A stretch of DNA of 64,000 bases from Alphaproteobacteria bacterium (GTDB lineage: Bacteria; Pseudomonadota; Alphaproteobacteria; MPNO01), in the NCBI GenBank assembly GCA_964291675.2, contig OZ219866.1:1024001-1088000 (forward strand). The letters run 5' to 3'. A model generated the notes under the pieces. That model ran no database searches and was not told the DNA's origin. It saw only the letters and a program-made list of their open reading frames with translations. Shown one piece after another: positions 1 through 11,010 of the stretch; position 1 is the first letter of the stretch, and every line of letters begins with the position of its first letter. The translations under genes and the position numbers were made by a program.

Positions 1-1
1 G

Positions 2-997
2 CTGGCCGCCCTGGTGACCGCGAACGGCGAGGCGATCGCCCGGACCGCGACCGCGCTCGCCGACACCGACGTCACCGCGGCGCTCGCCGAGCTCGCCATG
101 CAGCGGCGCTATGTCCGCCCCGTGGTCGACGACAGCCTCGACTTCGCCGTCACCGGCGCGCGCCATCCGGTGGTCGAAGCGTTTCTGGAACGCGACGCCG
201 GGGCCGCCTTCATCGCCAACGATTGCGACCTCGGACAGGGGCAGCGGCTGTGGCTGGTGACCGGACCGAACATGGCCGGCAAGTCGACCTTCCTGCGGCA
301 GAACGCGCTGCTCGCCATCCTCGCCCAGATCGGCTCCTTCGTACCGGCCGAGACGGCGCGGATCGGGGTCGTCGACCGCCTGTTCTCCCGCGTCGGCGCC
401 GCCGACGACCTCGCCCGCGGCCGCTCGACCTTCATGGTCGAGATGGTCGAGACGGCGGCGATCCTCAACCAGGCGGGTCCGCGCGCGCTGGTCGTCCTCG
501 ACGAGATCGGCCGCGGCACGGCCACCTTCGACGGGCTTTCCATCGCCTGGGCGACGCTGGAGCATTTGCACGAGGTCAACCGGGCGCGCGCGCTGTTCGC
601 GACCCATTTCCACGAGCTGACGGCGCTCAAGACCCGCCTGGACGCGCTGCGCTGCGTCACCATGCGGGTCAAGGAGTGGCAGGGCGAAATCGTCTTCCTG
701 CACGAGGTGATGCCGGGCGCCGCCAACCGGTCATACGGCGTCCACGTGGCGCGGCTGGCCGGGCTGCCGGACGGCGCGCTGGCGCGGGCCGAGGCGGTGC
801 TGGAGACGCTGGAAAAGGGCGAGCAGTCGGGCGCGCTCGCCCGCCTCGCCGACGACCTGCCGCTGTTCTCCGCCGCCGTGCCGCCGCCGCCCGCCGCGCC
901 CTCGCCGGTCGAGGAGGCGCTCGCCGCCGTCAATCCGGACGAGATCACGCCGCGCGACGCCCTCGACCTGCTGTACCGCATCCGCGCGATGCTCTGA
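2..997 (+). CDS. mutS: DNA mismatch repair protein MutS, C-terminal part (5' end outside window)
   Basis: Walker [45 protein letters not shown] and SYGVHVA motifs; frame open from window start. Confidence 0.97.
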   Translation: MAALVTANGEAIARTATALADTDVTAALAELAMQRRYVRPVVDDSLDFAVTGARHPVVEAFLERDAGAAFIANDCDLGQGQRLWLVTGPNMAGKSTFLRQNALLAILAQIGSFVPAETARIGVVDRLFSRVGAADDLARGRSTFMVEMVETAAILNQAGPRALVVLDEIGRGTATFDGLSIAWATLEHLHEVNRARALFATHFHELTALKTRLDALRCVTMRVKEWQGEIVFLHEVMPGAANRSYGVHVARLAGLPDGALARAEAVLETLEKGEQSGALARLADDLPLFSAAVPPPPAAPSPVEEALAAVNPDEITPRDALDLLYRIRAML

Positions 998-1042
998 GCC
1001 GGCCGGCCCCGATCGCACGATACGCCGTGACGGCGATCGCGT

Positions 1043-1048
1043 TATAGT
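1043..1048 (+). promoter_or_regulatory. Putative -10 hexamer (TATAGT) 6 nt upstream of the glnD ATG, possibly leaderless
   Basis: TATAGT-cggcgg-ATG with no Shine-Dalgarno. Confidence 0.4.
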
Positions 1049-1054
1049 CGGCGG

Positions 1055-3853
1055 ATGGCAGGGATCTCGCGGCAACGGGCGATCATCGATCGCGGCGCGC
1101 TCAACGCCGAGCTCGACCTTCTGCTCGACGACGGACGGGCCGCGGGCACGCCGCGCCGCGCCGCGCTCGGGATTCTCAAGCGCGCGATGGCGGAAGGCGA
1201 GGCGGAGATCCGCCGGCGGTTCGAGGCCGCGCCCGGGGGCGGTCCGCGGGCCCAGCGCGAGCGGTGCTTCCTGATCGACCAGCTCATCCGGGTCGTCTAC
1301 GACCTCGCCGCCAACCGGGTCTACCGCGCCGCCAACCCGACCGCGGGCGAACATCTCTCGGTCGTCGCCGTCGGCGGCTACGGGCGCGGCGAGCTCGCGC
1401 CTTTCTCCGACATCGACCTGTTGTTCGTACCGCCCTTCAAGCGCACCCCGCGCAACGAGCAGGTGATCGAATACGTGCTCTACATGCTGTGGGACCTCGG
1501 GCTGAAGGTCGGCCATGCCACGCGGACCGTCGAAGACTGCCTGCGGCTCTCCCGCAAGGACCTGACGATCCGCACCGCCATCCTCGAGGCCCGCTACGTA
1601 TGGGGCGAGAGGCGGCTGTTCGACCGGCTGCGCAAGGAATTCCGCGAGGAGGCGGTCAAGGGCTCCGAACGCGGCTTCGTGGAGGCCAAGCTCTCCGAGC
1701 GCGACGAACGCCATCGGCGCATGGGCGACTCGCGCTACGTTCTCGAACCCAATGTCAAGGACGGCAAGGGCGGGCTGCGCGACCTGCATACGCTGTTCTG
1801 GATCGCCAAATGCCTCTACCCGGTGCGCGGCATGGCGGATCTGGTCGAGCACGGGGTTCTGCGGGCGAGCGAGGCCGCCCGCTTCGACAAGGCGCAGCGG
1901 TTCCTCGCCACCGTCCGCTGCCGTCTCCACTACCTCTCGGGCCGCGGCGACGACCGGCTGACCTTCGACCGGCAGCCCGAGCTCGGCCGCCTGCTCGGCT
2001 ACAAGGACCATGCCGGCGCGCGCGGCGTCGAACGCTTCATGAAGCACTATTACCTGACGGTGAAGGAGGTCGGCGACCTGACCGGAATCTTCTGCGCCGC
2101 GCTCGAAATCGAGCAGTCGAGGCGCGCCCGCTTCACCCTGCCCGGGCTCGGCCTGCTGCAGCGCGCCCCCGAGGGCCTGGCGATCGAGAGCGGACGCCTC
2201 GCGCTTGCCTCCGGCGCCAGCTTCGCCGACCGCCCGGTCGACATCCTGCGGCTGTTCCACGCCTCGCAGGAGCGCGGGATCGACATCCACCCGCGGGCGC
2301 TGCGCGCGATCACGCGCAACCTCAGGCTGGTCGACGGGCTGCGCGGGGACGCCGAGGCGAACCGGCTGTTCCTCGACATGCTGACCTCGCCCAAGGACCC
2401 CGAACGGACCCTGCGGCAGCTCAACGAGGCGGGCGTGTTCGGGCGCTTCATCCCCGATTTCGGCCGGGTGGTCGCCCAGATGCAGCACGACATGTACCAC
2501 GTCTTCACGGTCGACGAGCACACCATCATGGCGATCGGCATCCTGCGGGGGATCGAGGACGGCCGGTTCGCGGATGAGATGCCGATCGCGACCGAGGCGG
2601 TGAAGACCGTGCAGTCGCGCCGCGCGCTCTACATGGCCGTCCTGCTGCACGACATCGCCAAGGGGCGCGGCGGCGATCATTCCGAAATCGGCGAGCAGGT
2701 GGCGCTCCGGCTCTGTCCGCGGATCGGGCTGACGCCGGAGGAGACCGAGACCGTCGCCTGGCTGGTGCGCCAGCACCTGGCGATGAGCAACACCGCGTTC
2801 CGGCGCGACGTCAACGATCCCAAGACGGTCAGCGACTTCGTCGAGACGGTGCGCTCGCTGGAGCGTCTGCGCCTGCTGCTGGTGCTGACGGTCGCCGACA
2901 TCCGCGCGGTCGGCCCCGGCGTGTGGACCGCCTGGAAGGCGGCGCTGCTGCGCGACCTCTACTACGCGGCCGAGGAGGCGATCGCCGGCGGCATGGCCGC
3001 GGCGGGGCGCGGCCGCCGGATCGACCGGGTCAAGCAGGGCCTCGCCGCCGCGCTCGACGATTTCCGGGCCGGCGAGATCGAGACCCATATGGAGAGCGGC
3101 TACCCCGCCTATTGGCTGTCGCACCCGGCGGAAGCCCTGGTCCGCCACGCGCGCCTGGTGCGCGCGGCGCGGCGCTCGGAGACCCCGCTGTGCATCGACA
3201 CGCGGATCGACCGCTACCGCCAGGCGACCGAGGTGACGGTCTACGCGCCCGACCATCCCGGGCTGTTCTCCCACATCGCCGGCGCCATCGCGGTTTCCGG
3301 CGCCAATATCGTCGACGCCAAGATCTTCACCATGACCGACGGCATGGCGCTCGACACCTTCTGGGTCCAGGACGGCCGCGACGAGCCGATCGAGAGCCGC
3401 GAACGGCTGGCCCGGCTGGAAGCCAATATCGAACAGGCGGTCACCGGCCGGATGCGGCCGATGCGCGAGCTCGAGGACATGATCCGCAAGCAGGGGGAAA
3501 AGCGCGACAGCGTGTTCACCGTGGAGCCGCGGGTGATCATCGACAATACCGCGAGCGCGACCCACACCGTGGTCGAGGTCAACGGCCGCGACCGCCCCGG
3601 CCTGCTCTACGCCCTGACGCGCGCCTTGAGCGGCGAGGACGTGCAGATCGGCAGCGCCCAGATCGCGACTTACGGCGAATCCGCGGTCGACGTGTTTTAC
3701 GTCAAGGACATCTTCGGGCTGAAGGTCACGCACGAGGCGAAGATCGAGAGCATCCGCAAGGCGCTGCTCGGCGCGCTGTCCTCGATCGCCGCCGTCGCCG
3801 GGGAGACGGCCGGTCCGGCCGGGCAAGAGGCCGCCGCGCCGGCCGAGCCCTGA
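1055..3853 (+). CDS. glnD: [Protein-PII] uridylyltransferase/uridylyl-removing enzyme
   Basis: GGYGRGELAPFSDIDL nucleotidyltransferase motif, EPNVKDGKGGLRD, HD domain (LLHDIAKG), two C-terminal ACT domains (DHPGLF, DRPGLL). Confidence 0.97.
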   Translation: MAGISRQRAIIDRGALNAELDLLLDDGRAAGTPRRAALGILKRAMAEGEAEIRRRFEAAPGGGPRAQRERCFLIDQLIRVVYDLAANRVYRAANPTAGEHLSVVAVGGYGRGELAPFSDIDLLFVPPFKRTPRNEQVIEYVLYMLWDLGLKVGHATRTVEDCLRLSRKDLTIRTAILEARYVWGERRLFDRLRKEFREEAVKGSERGFVEAKLSERDERHRRMGDSRYVLEPNVKDGKGGLRDLHTLFWIAKCLYPVRGMADLVEHGVLRASEAARFDKAQRFLATVRCRLHYLSGRGDDRLTFDRQPELGRLLGYKDHAGARGVERFMKHYYLTVKEVGDLTGIFCAALEIEQSRRARFTLPGLGLLQRAPEGLAIESGRLALASGASFADRPVDILRLFHASQERGIDIHPRALRAITRNLRLVDGLRGDAEANRLFLDMLTSPKDPERTLRQLNEAGVFGRFIPDFGRVVAQMQHDMYHVFTVDEHTIMAIGILRGIEDGRFADEMPIATEAVKTVQSRRALYMAVLLHDIAKGRGGDHSEIGEQVALRLCPRIGLTPEETETVAWLVRQHLAMSNTAFRRDVNDPKTVSDFVETVRSLERLRLLLVLTVADIRAVGPGVWTAWKAALLRDLYYAAEEAIAGGMAAAGRGRRIDRVKQGLAAALDDFRAGEIETHMESGYPAYWLSHPAEALVRHARLVRAARRSETPLCIDTRIDRYRQATEVTVYAPDHPGLFSHIAGAIAVSGANIVDAKIFTMTDGMALDTFWVQDGRDEPIESRERLARLEANIEQAVTGRMRPMRELEDMIRKQGEKRDSVFTVEPRVIIDNTASATHTVVEVNGRDRPGLLYALTRALSGEDVQIGSAQIATYGESAVDVFYVKDIFGLKVTHEAKIESIRKALLGALSSIAAVAGETAGPAGQEAAAPAEP

Positions 3854-3890
3854 GCCTCGACCGCCCGCGCGCGGGCCGCCCGGACGTCGC

Positions 3891-5441
3891 ATGAGACTGC
3901 TGAGCGCGATCGCCACCGTCGGCGGCTACACCCTGGCCAGCCGCGTTCTCGGCTTCGCCCGCGACATCCTGATCGCCGGGGTGCTCGGCGCGGGGCCGGT
4001 GGCGGATGCGTTTTTCGTCGCGTTCAAGCTGCCCAATTTCTTCCGGCGCCTGTTCGCCGAGGGCGCCTTCGCGGCCGCCTTCATCCCGCTCTTCACCCGC
4101 ATCCTGACCGAAGACGGCGCCGCCGCGGCCAGGCGGTTCAGCGAGAGCGTGCTTTCGGTGCTGATCGCGATCCTGCTGGTGTTCTGCACCGCGATGCAGA
4201 TCGCCATGCCGTGGGCGATGCATCTCTTCGCGCCCGGGTTCGCCGACGATCCCGAGAAATTCGATCTCGCCGTCGATCTCGCCCGCATCGCCTTTCCCTA
4301 TCTCCTGTTCATCTCGCTGGTCTCCCAGCTCGGCGGGGTGCTGAACGCGCTCGACCGGTTCGCGGCGGCCGCGGCGGCGCCGATCCTGCTCAATCTCAGC
4401 CTGATCCTGTGCCTGGTCGGGCTCGCGCCGATGCTGGAGACGCCCGGCCACGCGCTCGCCTGGGGCGTGTTCGCGGCCGGCGTCGTGCAGTTCCTGTGGA
4501 TGATCGAGGCATGCCGCCGCGCCGGCGTGGTCTTTCGCCTGCCGCGCCCGCGCCTCACGCCGCCGGTGAAGCGGCTGATGGCCAAGATCCTGCCCGGCGC
4601 CGTCGGTGCCGGGGTGCAGCAGATAAACCTGGTCATCGGGGTGGTGCTCGCCTCGCTGCTGCCGACCGGCGCGGTGTCCTATCTCTACTATGCCGACCGG
4701 GTCTATCAGCTCCCGCTCGGCGTCATCGGGATCGCGGTCGGCACGGCGCTGCTGCCGCTCTTGTCGCGCCAGCTCCGCGCGGGCGACGAGGCGGGCGGGC
4801 GGGCGAGCTTCAACCGGGCGCTGGAGTATTCCCTGCTGCTGACGCTGCCCGCCGCGGCGGCGCTGCTGACCATGCCCGGGCCCGTCGTCGCCGTGCTCTT
4901 CGAGCGCGGCGCGTTCGATGCCGGCGCCACCGCGGCGACGGCTTCGGCGCTCGCCGCGTTCGCCGTCGGGCTGCCCGCCTTCGTGCTGGTCAAGGTGCTG
5001 GCGCCCGCGTTCTTCGCCCGCGAGGACGTGGTGACCCCGGTCAAGATCGCCGGCATATCCGTCGCCGCCAATATCGGCCTCAGCGCCGCCCTGCTGGTAC
5101 CGCTCCAGCATGTCGGCCTCGCGCTCGCGACCTCGGCCGCGTCCTGGCTCAACGCCGCGCTGCTCGCTATCGTCCTGCGCCGGCGCGGCCAGCTCGGGAT
5201 CGACGCCCGGCTGCGGCGGCGGCTGCCGCGCATCGCGGTCGCGACCGTGCTCATGGCCGCTTGCCTGCTGGCCGGTGTCGAGCTGCTCGCGCCGATGTTC
5301 GCCGGCGACGAGCTGGAAAGGGTGTTGGCGCTCGTCCTTGCGATCGCCGCCGGCAAGCTGGTCTACGGCGCCTCGGCCTTTGCGCTCGGCGCCGCGGACA
5401 TGGCGGAAATCCGCCGGACTCTCGCCCGGCGGAGGGCTTGA
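3891..5441 (+). CDS. murJ: Lipid II flippase MurJ (MviN)
   Basis: [22 protein letters not shown] and [12 protein letters not shown] motifs; many transmembrane segments. Confidence 0.96.
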   Translation: MRLLSAIATVGGYTLASRVLGFARDILIAGVLGAGPVADAFFVAFKLPNFFRRLFAEGAFAAAFIPLFTRILTEDGAAAARRFSESVLSVLIAILLVFCTAMQIAMPWAMHLFAPGFADDPEKFDLAVDLARIAFPYLLFISLVSQLGGVLNALDRFAAAAAAPILLNLSLILCLVGLAPMLETPGHALAWGVFAAGVVQFLWMIEACRRAGVVFRLPRPRLTPPVKRLMAKILPGAVGAGVQQINLVIGVVLASLLPTGAVSYLYYADRVYQLPLGVIGIAVGTALLPLLSRQLRAGDEAGGRASFNRALEYSLLLTLPAAAALLTMPGPVVAVLFERGAFDAGATAATASALAAFAVGLPAFVLVKVLAPAFFAREDVVTPVKIAGISVAANIGLSAALLVPLQHVGLALATSAASWLNAALLAIVLRRRGQLGIDARLRRRLPRIAVATVLMAACLLAGVELLAPMFAGDELERVLALVLAIAAGKLVYGASAFALGAADMAEIRRTLARRRA

Positions 5442-5505
5442 CCCTTCCGGGCGATGGGGGGATAACCCGGCCTTTCCCGCCGCACGAAGGTCCGGAGCTC
5501 CGGCC

Positions 5506-6504
5506 GTGAAGCGAATATTTTCCGGCGTCCAGCCGAGCGGCAACCTGCATCTCGGCAACTATCTCGGCGCGATCCGCAACTTCGTCCGCCTGCAGGACGA
5601 ATACGAGTGCGTCTACTGCGTGGTCGACCTGCACGCGATCACGGTCTGGCAGGACCCGGCCGAGCTGGCGCGCAACACCCGCGAATGCGCCGCGACCTTC
5701 CTGGCCGCCGGTATCGACCCCGGGCGCAGCGTCATCTTCAACCAGAGCCGGGTCGCCGCCCATGCCAGGCTGGCCTGGATCTTCAACTGCGTCGCGCGGC
5801 TGGGCTGGCTCAACCGGATGACGCAGTTCAAGGAGAAGGCGGGCAAGCAGCGCGAGAACGCGAGCGTCGGGCTCTACGTCTATCCGAGCCTGATGGCCGC
5901 CGACATACTCGCCTACAAGGCGACCCATGTGCCGGTCGGCGAGGACCAGAAGCAGCATCTGGAGCTCACCCGGGACATCGCGCAGAAGTTCAACCACGAT
6001 TTCGGCACCGAGTTCTTCCCGCTCATCGAGCCGCTGATCTTCGGCGAGGCGACCCGGGTGATGAGCCTGCGCGACGGCGCGGCGAAGATGAGCAAGTCCG
6101 ACGGCTCGGAGGCCTCGCGCATCAACCTGACCGACGACGCGGACTCGATCGCCCACAAGATACGCCGCGCGCGGACCGATCCCGAGCCCCTGCCCCGCTC
6201 GCCGGACGGGCTCGCCGGGCGAGCCGAGGCGGCGAATCTGGTGGGGATATTCGCCGCTCTCGCCGACCGGTCGGCCGAGGACGTGCTGCGGGAGTTCGGC
6301 GGGCGTGGCTTCGCCGATTTCAAGCCCGCGCTGAGCGAGCTCGCCGTCGCCGTGCTGTCGCCGATCGCCGCCGAGCTCAGGCGGCTGATGGCCGATCCCG
6401 GCTATGTCGACTCGGTCCTCGCCGCGGGCGCGGAGCGCGCCGCGGCGATCGCCGATCCGGTGCTCGACGAGGTCCACGAGATCGTCGGCCTCGCCGCCCG
6501 GTGA
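5506..6504 (+). CDS. trpS: Tryptophan--tRNA ligase
   Basis: [32 protein letters not shown]; GTG start at 5506 after ggag. Confidence 0.97.
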   Translation: MKRIFSGVQPSGNLHLGNYLGAIRNFVRLQDEYECVYCVVDLHAITVWQDPAELARNTRECAATFLAAGIDPGRSVIFNQSRVAAHARLAWIFNCVARLGWLNRMTQFKEKAGKQRENASVGLYVYPSLMAADILAYKATHVPVGEDQKQHLELTRDIAQKFNHDFGTEFFPLIEPLIFGEATRVMSLRDGAAKMSKSDGSEASRINLTDDADSIAHKIRRARTDPEPLPRSPDGLAGRAEAANLVGIFAALADRSAEDVLREFGGRGFADFKPALSELAVAVLSPIAAELRRLMADPGYVDSVLAAGAERAAAIADPVLDEVHEIVGLAAR

Positions 6505-6524
6505 GCCGGGCAGGCTGACGCCCG

Positions 6525-7448
6525 ATGCAGATCTACCTGCCGATCGCCGAAGTCTCGGTCAATGTCGCGGTGCTGCTCGGCCTCGGCGGCGGCGTCGGCT
6601 TCCTGTCCGGGCTGTTCGGCGTCGGCGGCGGGTTCCTGATGACGCCGCTGCTGATCTTTATCGGCATACCGCCCGCGGTGGCGGTGGCGACCGAGGCCAA
6701 CCAGGTCGTCGCCGCCTCGGTGTCCGGCGCGCTCGCCCACTGGCGGCGGCGCAATGTCGACGTCAAGATGGGGCTGGTGCTGCTCGCCGGCGGCTTCGTC
6801 GGGTCGAGCCTCGGCGTCTGGCTGTTCACCCTGCTGCGCGGCATCGGCCAGATCGATTTCGTGATCTCGGTGGCCTATGTGGTGTTTCTCGGGATCATCG
6901 GCGTGCTGATGGTGGCGGAGAGCGTCCGCGCCTGGCAGCGCCAGCGCAACCCGGCGGCGCCCCGGCGCAAGCTCCACCAGCATTACTGGGTGCACGGATT
7001 GCCGCTCAAGATGCGGTTCCGCGCCTCCAAGCTCTATATCAGCGCGCTGCTGCCGTTCGCCATCGGCCTGTTCGTCGGCGTGCTGGCCGCCATCATGGGC
7101 GTGGGCGGCGGGTTCGTGATGGTGCCGGCGATGATCTACCTGCTCGGCATGCCGACCTCGATCGTGGTCGGGACGTCGCTCTTCCAGATCGTGTTCGTCA
7201 CCGCCAACGTCACCTTGCTGCAGGCGATCAACAACCAGACGGTCGACATCATCCTCGCCTTGTTCCTGCTGATCGGCGGGGTGATCGGCGCCCAGATCGG
7301 CGCCCGGTTCTCGGCCCGGCTGCGCGGCGAGCAGCTCAGGATCCTGCTCGGGCTGATCGTGCTCGCGGTGTGCCTCCGGGTCGCGTACGGGCTGGTCGCC
7401 ACGCCCGACGACTTGTTCGCGCTCGGCGTGCCGGGGGGGCGGGAATGA
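6525..7448 (+). CDS. Sulfite exporter TauE/SafE family membrane protein
   Basis: MQIYLPIAE start, duplicated GVGGGF motif, hydrophobic. Confidence 0.9.
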   Translation: MQIYLPIAEVSVNVAVLLGLGGGVGFLSGLFGVGGGFLMTPLLIFIGIPPAVAVATEANQVVAASVSGALAHWRRRNVDVKMGLVLLAGGFVGSSLGVWLFTLLRGIGQIDFVISVAYVVFLGIIGVLMVAESVRAWQRQRNPAAPRRKLHQHYWVHGLPLKMRFRASKLYISALLPFAIGLFVGVLAAIMGVGGGFVMVPAMIYLLGMPTSIVVGTSLFQIVFVTANVTLLQAINNQTVDIILALFLLIGGVIGAQIGARFSARLRGEQLRILLGLIVLAVCLRVAYGLVATPDDLFALGVPGGRE

Positions 7449-8194
7449 ACCCGGCCCGGCCGATCGCGGCGCTCTTCGCCCTGCTGCTGTGGGCCGCGCC
7501 GCCCGTCCCCGCCCTGGCGGTCGACAGGCTGACGGTGGACCTGTCCAGCGACGAGGTCGCGATCACCACCGGGTTCACCGGAACCGAGCTCCTGCTGTTC
7601 GGCGTCAAGGACGGGCCGGGCGACGTGGTGGTCGTCCTGCTGGGGCCGAACCGCGACGCGGTGGTGCGGCGCCGCGAGCGCGTCGCCGGGGTCTGGGTCA
7701 ACGGCGAGTCCGTCGTCTTTCGCGGCGTGCCGGCCTACTACCATGTCGCCTCGACCCGGCCGATCGAGAGCATCGCGCCGCCCGAGATCCTGGCCGCCAA
7801 CCGGATCGCCGCGGGCACGCTCGACCTCGCGGCCAACACCCGGCTCCCCGCGGCGAAGCGGGCGCCGTTTCGCGACGGGCTGATCCGCAACAAGACCCGC
7901 CAGGGGCTGTTCGGCTACCACCCGGGCGGGGTCACGGTGCAGGGCGAGCGCCTGTTCCGCACCACCGCCGTCTTTCCGGCCAACGTGCCGACCGGCCCCT
8001 ACCGGGTGAATGTCTACCTGTTCGACCGTGGTAAGCTGCTCGCGCGCCAGGAGACCGCGCTGATCGTAAGGAAGCACGGGTTAGGAGCGAGCGTCTTCAA
8101 TTTCGCGCATCGACAGTCGATCCTGTACGGCGTGGTCGCGATCGTCGTCGCGGTAGCTGCGGGATGGCTGGCCGGCGTCGTCTTCCGGAGTTGA
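7445..8194 (+). CDS. Conserved membrane protein (TIGR02186-like), usual partner of the TauE gene
   Basis: Signal peptide, ITTGFTGTELLLFG, C-terminal TM ending GWLAGVVFR; ATGA overlap with upstream gene. Confidence 0.85.
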   Translation: MNPARPIAALFALLLWAAPPVPALAVDRLTVDLSSDEVAITTGFTGTELLLFGVKDGPGDVVVVLLGPNRDAVVRRRERVAGVWVNGESVVFRGVPAYYHVASTRPIESIAPPEILAANRIAAGTLDLAANTRLPAAKRAPFRDGLIRNKTRQGLFGYHPGGVTVQGERLFRTTAVFPANVPTGPYRVNVYLFDRGKLLARQETALIVRKHGLGASVFNFAHRQSILYGVVAIVVAVAAGWLAGVVFRS

Positions 8195-8200
8195 CGGACC

Positions 8201-8725
8201 ATGACCGAAGCCCCGGCCTCGGGCGGCGGTTCCCCCGAACCGACGCCGGAAGACCCGCCCCAGCGGGAGCGGGTCTTCCTCTGCGTCGTCGATTCCAGCG
8301 AAGAAGTCCACGTCGCGCTGCGCTTTGCCGCGCTCCGGGCCAGGCGCTCGGGCGGCCGGGTGGCGCTGCTCTACGTCATCGAGCCCGGCGACTTTCAGCA
8401 TTGGATGTCGGTTGCCGAGAAAATGCGCGAGGAGGGCCGGGAAGAGGCCGAGCAGGTGCTCCAGGAACATGCCGCGGAGGTCGTCGCCATCACCGGCCGC
8501 ACGCCGATCCTCTATGTCCGCGAGGGCGCGCCCCGGGACGCGATCGTGCAGCTCATCGAGGAGGAGCCGGCGATCTCCATCCTGGTACTCGGCGCCGGCA
8601 CCCACAAGAAGGGTCCCGGACCGCTGGTCTCGTCGATCGCCGGCAGGCTGTCGGGCAAGTTTCCCATTCCCATCACCGTGGTGCCCGGAACGCTGAACGA
8701 CGAGCAGCTCGACGCCTTGACGTAA
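8201..8725 (+). CDS. Universal stress protein (UspA family)
   Basis: FLCVVDSSEE...ALRFAA, ILVLGA...GPGPLVS, PITVVPG. Confidence 0.9.
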   Translation: MTEAPASGGGSPEPTPEDPPQRERVFLCVVDSSEEVHVALRFAALRARRSGGRVALLYVIEPGDFQHWMSVAEKMREEGREEAEQVLQEHAAEVVAITGRTPILYVREGAPRDAIVQLIEEEPAISILVLGAGTHKKGPGPLVSSIAGRLSGKFPIPITVVPGTLNDEQLDALT

Positions 8726-8733
8726 CCAAAAAG

Positions 8734-8742
8734 TTATCCACA
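8734..8742 (+). promoter_or_regulatory. Perfect DnaA box TTATCCACA in intergenic region
   Basis: Exact match to the canonical 9-mer. Confidence 0.55.
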
Positions 8743-8826
8743 AGACTCTTGAACCAGGGGGCCGTTCGGCCCAATCTGGACAGAGAGGAAACGGTTCAAC
8801 GATAAAGGGAGACTGGACCGGGGGTC

Positions 8827-9867
8827 GTGTATGCCCGCCGGCTTCCAGCAGATAAAGGGTTGATTGGATCGCGAGGTTGGCGAGCCGTCCGCCTCGGATG
8901 GCTGGCCGGGCTGTCGGTCGCTCTGGTTCCATCGGTCGCGGTCGCGGAGACCGATACCGCGCCGGCTGGCGATGGCGGTTTCCGGCTCTCATACCTTGAA
9001 CGCTCCCCGGTCGAAAGTTGGCGCGACCTCGGTCTCGGCCGTCGCGCGCCCGGCGGGACCGTGGAAGCCCTCGAGGCGCTGTTCGCGCGTCTCGATTACC
9101 GTCTCGACCGGGTGCGCGAGCGCGGCGTGGTGCCGCGCCTTCTGGTGCGCCGGATGCCTGATGGGTTGTCCCGGATGCGCGGGACCGAGCGGCGCAAGGC
9201 GCTGTTCATCCGCATCGCGCTGCCGTTGATCCTGACCACCAACGAGGCGATCCTGCGCGACCGGAGTCGCATCGAGAGCCTGCGGGCGGCGTATGTCCGG
9301 GACGGATTTCTGCCCGCCGGCGAAGCACGCTGGCTGTGGCAAGTTTTCGCCACCTACAACGTGAAGCCGTTCGATTTCGGGGAGCTGCTGTCCCGGGTCG
9401 ACATCGTGCCGCCCTCCCTCGCCGTCGCCCAGGCGGCGGAGGAGACCGGATGGGGCACTTCGCGGTTCGTCCGGCGCGGCAACGCGATGTTCGGCGAACG
9501 GACCTGGAAGAGCCGCGACGGGATGATCCCCCGGCGCAAGCGGCCCGGGGACAAGTTCCGCGTCCGCCGTTTCAGCCAGCTGCTCGCCGCGGTGGCGGCC
9601 TATGTGTCCAACCTCAACACCCATCCCGCCTATGCGGCATTCCGGGCGCGGCGCGGCGAGATGCGCCGGGCGAACGCCGTGCTGGATGCCAGCGCGCTGG
9701 CCGGCGGGCTGGAGGCCTATTCGGTGCGCCGGAAGGCCTATATCCGGACCGTACGCGCGATCATCCGCACCAACGCGCTCGCCGACCTCGACCGCCTGGA
9801 GCTCGAATCCGGCCAGCCGCAATACGCGACCGGCCCGTTCCCTGGCACGCGCCGCCTGGCCAACTAG
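8827..9867 (+). CDS. Glucosaminidase-domain (GH73, Bax-like) periplasmic protein
   Basis: RVDIVPPSLAVAQAAEETGWGTSRF, GNAMFGERTW, NLNTHPAY; signal-like N-terminus; start uncertain. Confidence 0.88.
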   Translation: MYARRLPADKGLIGSRGWRAVRLGWLAGLSVALVPSVAVAETDTAPAGDGGFRLSYLERSPVESWRDLGLGRRAPGGTVEALEALFARLDYRLDRVRERGVVPRLLVRRMPDGLSRMRGTERRKALFIRIALPLILTTNEAILRDRSRIESLRAAYVRDGFLPAGEARWLWQVFATYNVKPFDFGELLSRVDIVPPSLAVAQAAEETGWGTSRFVRRGNAMFGERTWKSRDGMIPRRKRPGDKFRVRRFSQLLAAVAAYVSNLNTHPAYAAFRARRGEMRRANAVLDASALAGGLEAYSVRRKAYIRTVRAIIRTNALADLDRLELESGQPQYATGPFPGTRRLAN

Positions 9868-10985
9868 GGCCGCGGCACCACGAACTGGGTGCCGAACCAG
9901 CGCCAGCGGCCCTGTCTGGCCGGCATGGTGCAGTTGAGGCGCGGTCGCCCGGGCGGGAACGCCCGGTTGAACCGCAGCTCCACCCGCGCCGGCCCGATGC
10001 GTTCCAGGCGAACCTTTCCCTGACCCGAGGCGTAGCATGTGAGCAGGTCGATATAGGCCAGTGCGCGGCCGGCCACGGTGAAGCCCACATTGGGCGGATT
10101 GCGGCCCGGCCCCAAAAGGCTGTCCGCCGGGGTGATGTCGGTTACCTCCAGGGGCAGCGCATCGGCGGCGAGACGAAAGCGCTCGGCGTCGCCATGCACC
10201 TCGTTCATCGGAAACCGCGGCAGGAAATGGAAGTGCGAACCGGGATGGATCACACCCGAATGGTGTCCCAGCGCCGCCGCGAACCCGTTCTCCAGCACCA
10301 CCTCCCGCACCGCGAGCGACATCGCTCCGTACGGGTAGGCGAAGAGCTCCGGTGTTGCGCCGAGCTCCTCCTCGAAACGGCGCGACGCGCGCTTGATGTC
10401 GCGGTCGTTGCTCTCGCGCCCGAGCGTCGGCATCTGGTTGTGCGACGCCGTCTGGTTGCCGATGGTCGCCCCGCCGCGCACCACTTCGCGGATCTGTTCC
10501 CAGCTCATGTAGTGCTCGCGGCCTTCGTCGATCGCATCGGTGGAGACGAACAGGGTGACGGGCAGCTCCGCCTGCCGCAGCCTCGGCCAGGCCTCGGTGT
10601 AGAAGGACAGAAACGCGCCGTCGACGGTGAGCGCCACCGTGCGGTCGGGCAGACTCCGTCCGGCCTTGAGCGCCGCCAGTATTTCCGGCAGCGCCATCAC
10701 GTTGAGGCCGCGTTCCGCGATCACCTTCAGATGGGCCTCGAACTGATCGATGCGGATCGCCGCGGACGGCACATTCCGGTCGCCGAATCTCTGATACATG
10801 AGAACGACGGCGGAGGTGGCGGCGGCGGCTCCGGTCAGGCCGCCCCAGCCCGTCAGGACGGCCAGCCCCGCAAGCGCGCAGCACAGCGTCCGTCGCAACA
10901 GCCGGCATGCGCATCCTGCTGTCGGAAAGCGTGTCATGCGAGCCCTCACCAGGCGAAGGTTGCGCGCATTGAGCACCCGGGGCAA
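9864..10985 (-). CDS. Polysaccharide deacetylase family (CE4/NodB) protein with altered active-site motifs
   Basis: LMYQRFG, VALTVDGA, MSWEQIRE, FAYPYG, LPRFPMNE; start uncertain. Confidence 0.85.
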   Translation of the reverse strand: MPRVLNARNLRLVRARMTRFPTAGCACRLLRRTLCCALAGLAVLTGWGGLTGAAAATSAVVLMYQRFGDRNVPSAAIRIDQFEAHLKVIAERGLNVMALPEILAALKAGRSLPDRTVALTVDGAFLSFYTEAWPRLRQAELPVTLFVSTDAIDEGREHYMSWEQIREVVRGGATIGNQTASHNQMPTLGRESNDRDIKRASRRFEEELGATPELFAYPYGAMSLAVREVVLENGFAAALGHHSGVIHPGSHFHFLPRFPMNEVHGDAERFRLAADALPLEVTDITPADSLLGPGRNPPNVGFTVAGRALAYIDLLTCYASGQGKVRLERIGPARVELRFNRAFPPGRPRLNCTMPARQGRWRWFGTQFVVPRP

Positions 10986-11010
10986 GCCCGACCTCCTGCG
11001 GCGAAGGGTC

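Noticed and set aside
731-3916. 1061-aa minus-strand ORF and similar long antisense ORFs (16759-19377, 26526-29147, 30708-33113, 39677-42118)
   Set aside because: Shadow frames of well-recognised genes in very GC-rich DNA, with no recognisable motifs
8726-8826. Replication origin
   Set aside because: One DnaA box in a 100-nt gap, with no box cluster or extended AT-rich unwinding element
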